From Oliverpabstia sp. (GTDB taxonomy: Bacteria; Bacillota; Clostridia; Lachnospirales; Lachnospiraceae), in assembly GCA_051879355.1 (NCBI GenBank), contig JBJELU010000078.1, forward strand, positions 33,762 to 97,761: a stretch of 64,000 nucleotides of DNA, read 5' to 3'. The notes under the pieces are model-generated. The model was not told the origin of the DNA and did no database searches. It saw nothing but the letters and a program-made list of their open reading frames with translations. The first letter of the stretch is position 1. Each line of letters begins with the position of its first letter. This document shows, piece by piece, positions 59,482-64,000 of this stretch. The position numbers and the translations under genes are program-made.

Positions 59482-60813
59482 ATGAATTATTTGTTTTCGA
59501 AAAAGGATTTGCGCAGATTGATTATACCACTGGTTTTTGAGCAGGCTCTGGCAATCACCGTAGGTATGGCAGATACTATGATGATTTCATCGGTGGGTGA
59601 AGCTGCTGTATCAGGCGTTTCTCTGGTGGATATGATTAATATGCTGATTTTCAGTGTGCTGGCGGCACTTGCTACGGGAGGTGCGGTAGTTACATCTCAG
59701 CATCTGGGGGCAAGAAAAAGAAATGAAGCCTGTCGTTCGGCGAAACAATTACTGTATACAGTGATTATAGCGGGCGTATTGATTGCGATTCTTGCGGTGG
59801 CGGCAAGAGTACCCCTGCTTCGCCTGTTCTTTGGCAGTATTGAAGATGACGTTATGAATAATGCCCTGATTTATCTGATGATTTCAGCGGTATCTTTCCC
59901 GTTTCTTGCAGTATATAATGCCTGTGCTGCCCTGTTTCGCTCTATGGGAAATTCTCAGATTACGCTGAAGGTGTCTATTCTGATTAATCTGATTAACGTC
60001 GTCGGCAATGCCATCTGTATTTTTATTTTTCATATGGGTGTTGCCGGTGTTGCACTGCCGTCTTTGGTATCCAGGGCAGTGGGCGGAATTATTTTGTACA
60101 TATTACTGCAGAATCCTGAAAATGAAGTATATTTTGTAAAAGAAAAAATACATTTGGAAATGGATGTGATTAAACGAATCCTGTATATCGGTATTCCCAG
60201 TGGAATTGAAAATGGGATTTTCCAGCTGGGACGTGTGCTGGTAGTCAGCATTATTTCCGGTTTCGGAACGATTCAGATTGCGGCCAATGGCGTAGCCAAT
60301 AATCTGGATGCCATGGGATGTATCATCGGACAGGCCATGAGTCTTGCCATGATAACGGTAATCGGTCAATGTGTAGGTGCTCAGGATGAAAAACAGATTC
60401 GCTACTACACAAGAAAACTGATGACTATAGCCTATGTGGCAACGATCATATTGAACAGCATCATTTTGATTTTCCTTAATCCGATTCTTTCTCTGTATGG
60501 TCTGAGTCAGGAGACAACAAGACTTGCATACATTCTGGTTATGATACATAACGGATGCGCCATGTTGATGTGGCCGGCGGGATTTGTACTGCCCAATATG
60601 CTCCGTGCCTGCAATGACGTAAAATTTACCATGGTGGTTTCTATTTTCTCCATGTTCACATTCCGTATCGGATTCAGTTATCTGATCGGTGTGCAGATGG
60701 GAATGGGAGCGATCGGGGTATGGATTGCCATGGTTATTGACTGGATATTCCGTATCCTGTTTTTTGTGGGAAGATACCTCAGCGGGAAATGGAAAAAACT
60801 GTGTCTTCACTAG
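59482..60813 (+). CDS. MATE family efflux transporter
   Basis: VGMADTMMIS and NVVGNA motifs; about 12 TM helices. Confidence 0.9.
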   Translation: MNYLFSKKDLRRLIIPLVFEQALAITVGMADTMMISSVGEAAVSGVSLVDMINMLIFSVLAALATGGAVVTSQHLGARKRNEACRSAKQLLYTVIIAGVLIAILAVAARVPLLRLFFGSIEDDVMNNALIYLMISAVSFPFLAVYNACAALFRSMGNSQITLKVSILINLINVVGNAICIFIFHMGVAGVALPSLVSRAVGGIILYILLQNPENEVYFVKEKIHLEMDVIKRILYIGIPSGIENGIFQLGRVLVVSIISGFGTIQIAANGVANNLDAMGCIIGQAMSLAMITVIGQCVGAQDEKQIRYYTRKLMTIAYVATIILNSIILIFLNPILSLYGLSQETTRLAYILVMIHNGCAMLMWPAGFVLPNMLRACNDVKFTMVVSIFSMFTFRIGFSYLIGVQMGMGAIGVWIAMVIDWIFRILFFVGRYLSGKWKKLCLH

Positions 60814-60842
60814 TTGACACTTTATATACCGATTGGTATAAT
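60814..60842 (+). promoter_or_regulatory. sigmaA promoter with overlapping palindromic TetR-type operator
   Basis: TTGACA-N17-TATAAT; near-palindrome TATACCGATTGGTATA at 60825-60840. Confidence 0.8.
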
Positions 60843-60905
60843 AGCTTTACATAGAAGAGTTTTGTATGGTTTGACCGAAGAAATTCTGAAAGGAAGCTGA
60901 TAAGG

Positions 60906-61481
60906 ATGGACAACAGAGAGGCAATTATTAACAGTGCACTGAAGCTGTTCTGCTGCCGGGGCTATGATGCGGTGGGGGTACAGGAGATTGTGGATCAGGC
61001 AGGTATTACAAAGCCTACCCTGTATTACTATTTTGGAAGTAAGCAGGGCCTTTTGAAAGAGATTCTGCGTACCAACAGTGAGATTCTGGAGAGGATGCTT
61101 CAGGAAGCAGTGGAGATTCCGGGTGATATTCCGGATGTTCTGTTTCGGGTGGCCAGGGCATATTTTGATTTTGCCGCAGGCCATTGGGAATTTTACCTGT
61201 TTATGGTCAGCCAGTTTCATTCTGGACATGGTACGGAAGGATTTATGGCTGTATATCCTTTGATTTCCAGGTTCTATCAGTATGTGGTTAAGATTTTTGA
61301 AGATGCATCGGATGTTCTGGGAAATATGAATGGGCGTCAGGGACAGTTTGCTGTTAGTTTTATGGGAATTCTTGATTCTCATATGATGTTGTATTCGCTT
61401 AATCACAGAGATGATTTTTACATGTCAGATGAGAGAACGTATGAGATTGTACGTCAGTTCCTTTACGGTATTTACACATAA
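60906..61481 (+). CDS. TetR/AcrR family regulator
   Basis: HTH GYDAVGVQEIVDQAGITKPTLYYYFGSK. Confidence 0.93.
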   Translation: MDNREAIINSALKLFCCRGYDAVGVQEIVDQAGITKPTLYYYFGSKQGLLKEILRTNSEILERMLQEAVEIPGDIPDVLFRVARAYFDFAAGHWEFYLFMVSQFHSGHGTEGFMAVYPLISRFYQYVVKIFEDASDVLGNMNGRQGQFAVSFMGILDSHMMLYSLNHRDDFYMSDERTYEIVRQFLYGIYT

Positions 61482-61523
61482 GAGTCAGACAGAGAGATGG
61501 AACGAGTTGAGGAGGAAGAACGC

Positions 61524-62882
61524 GTGGCAGCATGGTATGAAGAAGCAATATTTTATCATATGTATCCCATTGGAATGGCAGGAGCACCAAAGGAAAACAG
61601 GCAGACAGAGGTAACACATCGTTTCCCTGAACTGGAAAAGTGGATTCCGCATATTAAAGAACTGGGATGTAATGCAATTTATATAGGACCGTTATTTGAG
61701 TCATCTACCCATGGATATGATACAAAAGATTACAGAGTGGTAGACAAACGTCTGGGCGATAATCAGGATTTTAAGAATTTTGTGGCAAAAGCTCATGAAC
61801 TGGGAATCAAAGTAATTGTTGACGGAGTATTTAACCATACGGGAAGGGAATTTTTTGCATTTCAGGATATTCAGAGAAACCGTGAGGGTTCCCGATATGT
61901 AAACTGGTATAAAGGCGTATGGTTCGGAGGAAATACCTGGTACAATGATGGATTTTCCTATGAAGCATGGCGCAATTGCTTTGAACTGGTAAATCTGAAC
62001 CTGCAGAATCCTGAGGTAAAAGGATATCTTCTGGAGACTATTCACGGCTGGATTCAGGAATTTGATATCGATGGAATCCGTCTGGACTGTGCAGATTGTC
62101 TTGATTTCGGATTTATAGAAGATATGCGTCGCTGTACCGGTGAATGGAAACAGGATTTCTGGCTGATGGGTGAGGTGATCCATGGGGATTATGGCCGTTA
62201 TATTCAGGATGGATACCGGCTGCTGCACAGTGTAACCAACTATGAGCTTCATAAGGGGTTATATTCAGGACATAATGATCATAATTATTTTGAAATCGCA
62301 CATACGATTCGCCGGGAATTTGACAGCAACGGCGGTATTTACAGAGGTATGAAGCTCTACTCTTTTGTGGATAATCATGATGTGGACCGCCTTGCCAGCA
62401 AGCTGAAAATTCCGGGACATCTGCCGCTTGTGTATACATTGTTATATTTTCTTCCGGGAATTCCTTCTATTTATTACGGTTCAGAATGGGGAATTCAGGG
62501 AAGAAAAGAGGGAGGCAATGATGATCCCATGCGTCCGGCTCTTAACCTGGAAGAGATGAAGGTAAAAGCACCTCATCCGGAACTGACGGAGTGGATCAAA
62601 ACCCTGGGTAAGATCAGAGGAGAACATCCGGAAATTGCAAATGGAAGTTATAGAGAACTTCTGCTGACCAATCGGCAGTATGCGTTTGCAAGGATTCAGA
62701 ATGATAAAGCTGTCGTAGTGGCAGTAAATAATGATGAGAATCAGGAGGCACAGATTATGATTCCGGCTCCGGTTGGAGGAAAAGTATATCGGGATGCTGT
62801 AACAGGAGAGTGCTGTCCGGAAGAAGGCGGAAGATTGAAAGTAACACTGCCGGCAAACGGTGTGAAGATATTTGTGATGTAA
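61524..62882 (+). CDS. GH13 alpha-amylase / neopullulanase-like enzyme
   Basis: HGYDT, DGVFNH, GIRLD, GEVIH and NHD motifs; SD GAGGAGG before GTG. Confidence 0.9.
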   Translation: MAAWYEEAIFYHMYPIGMAGAPKENRQTEVTHRFPELEKWIPHIKELGCNAIYIGPLFESSTHGYDTKDYRVVDKRLGDNQDFKNFVAKAHELGIKVIVDGVFNHTGREFFAFQDIQRNREGSRYVNWYKGVWFGGNTWYNDGFSYEAWRNCFELVNLNLQNPEVKGYLLETIHGWIQEFDIDGIRLDCADCLDFGFIEDMRRCTGEWKQDFWLMGEVIHGDYGRYIQDGYRLLHSVTNYELHKGLYSGHNDHNYFEIAHTIRREFDSNGGIYRGMKLYSFVDNHDVDRLASKLKIPGHLPLVYTLLYFLPGIPSIYYGSEWGIQGRKEGGNDDPMRPALNLEEMKVKAPHPELTEWIKTLGKIRGEHPEIANGSYRELLLTNRQYAFARIQNDKAVVVAVNNDENQEAQIMIPAPVGGKVYRDAVTGECCPEEGGRLKVTLPANGVKIFVM

Positions 62883-62914
62883 CAGCAACATTTTTAGAAA
62901 AAAGGAGAATAGGT

Positions 62915-64000
62915 ATGGAAGAAAGAATGCATTTCGGGGAACAGGATCAGTATTTTTTCGGTCAGGCAACACATTATGACATTTATAAAAAGCTTGGTGC
63001 TCATCTGACTACGGTAGGAGAGGAAAAAGGTGTATACTTTGCTGTCTGGGCACCTAATGCAGCCAGAGTTTCTGTGGTTGGCGAATTTAATGAATGGAAG
63101 CCGGATGTAAATCCGATGGAAAAGACCGGCCCTATTGGTGTGTGGGAAACATTTATTCCGGGAATTGTAGTCGGTGATTTGTACAAATACTGTGTCACAA
63201 CACAGGATGGTCGTGAATTATTTAAAGCAGACCCCTATGCCACATGGTCAGAGATGCGTCCGGGCAATGCATCCCGGGTTGCTGATATCAGTGGATTCAA
63301 ATGGGGAGATGCTGCCTGGATTAAAAATCGTCAGGCAAGTGATCCAAATGATAAAGCCATGGCAATTTACGAAGTACATCCAGGTTCCTGGAGAAAACAT
63401 CCGGCTACTGAGCAGGATCCTGACGGATTCTACAGTTATCGGGAAATCGCTCACTCTCTGACTGAGTATGTGAAACGTATGGGATATACCCATGTGGAAC
63501 TGATGGGTATTGCAGAGCATCCGTTTGATGGTTCCTGGGGCTATCAGGTTTCCGGTTATTATGCACCGACTGCACGCTATGGTTCTCCGGCCGATTTCAA
63601 GTATCTGGTCAATTATCTGCATAAAAATAAAATCGGCGTAATTCTGGACTGGGTTCCGGCTCATTTTCCGAAAGATGGACACGGTCTTGCCGAATTTGAT
63701 GGAACCTGTCTGTATGAGCATGCAGACCCAAGACAGGGAGAACATCCGGACTGGGGTACCAAAATCTTTAATTATGGCCGCAATGAAGTAAAGAACTTCC
63801 TACTGGCCAACGCACTGTACTGGGTGGAAGAATTCCATGTGGACGGACTTCGTGTGGATGCGGTTGCTTCCATGTTGTATCTGGACTACGGCAAGAGAGA
63901 CGGACAGTGGGTTGCCAACAAGTACGGCGGCAATCAGAATCTGGAAGCCATTGAATTCTTCAAACATCTGAATACTCTGGTGCAGGGAAGAAATAAAGGC
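62915..64000 (+). CDS. glgB: 1,4-alpha-glucan branching enzyme (partial, runs off the window)
   Basis: [28 protein letters not shown] and [16 protein letters not shown] motifs. Confidence 0.95.
   Translation, partial: MEERMHFGEQDQYFFGQATHYDIYKKLGAHLTTVGEEKGVYFAVWAPNAARVSVVGEFNEWKPDVNPMEKTGPIGVWETFIPGIVVGDLYKYCVTTQDGRELFKADPYATWSEMRPGNASRVADISGFKWGDAAWIKNRQASDPNDKAMAIYEVHPGSWRKHPATEQDPDGFYSYREIAHSLTEYVKRMGYTHVELMGIAEHPFDGSWGYQVSGYYAPTARYGSPADFKYLVNYLHKNKIGVILDWVPAHFPKDGHGLAEFDGTCLYEHADPRQGEHPDWGTKIFNYGRNEVKNFLLANALYWVEEFHVDGLRVDAVASMLYLDYGKRDGQWVANKYGGNQNLEAIEFFKHLNTLVQGRNKG

Noticed and set aside
1-64000. CRISPR array, rRNA, intact IS or prophage
   Set aside because: No regularly spaced repeats, rRNA sequence, DDE transposase, integrase or phage structural genes were seen

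Overview
64 kb of chromosome from a low-GC Gram-positive anaerobe, most likely Lachnospiraceae (Blautia/Ruminococcus-like; inferred from gene content, T-boxes, large SRP RNA and sigmaA promoters). Most genes lie on the + strand. Housekeeping genes include asnS, yhaO/yhaN-like genes with nfo, a dnaD-dnaC-prs operon, SRP RNA, a galactokinase-family gene, a T-box-controlled trpEGDCFBA operon, two GH3 genes, an ABC exporter pair, tRNA-Pro and tRNA-Ser, T-box metG, tatD, a GH13 gene and a partial glgB. The main unexplained signals are: (1) a stand-alone transcription unit at ~32.70-32.99 kb made only of four SD-led minigenes (MA*, M*, MKGRDP*, MRLLNIH*); (2) a dense DnaA-box cluster with a Spo0A box upstream of dnaD-dnaC; (3) an unannotated type I toxin-antitoxin locus; (4) a two-gene GH136 lacto-N-biosidase; (5) an Rpn nuclease with a candidate internal RpnS start. 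All calls are from reading motifs by eye; no database searches were run.
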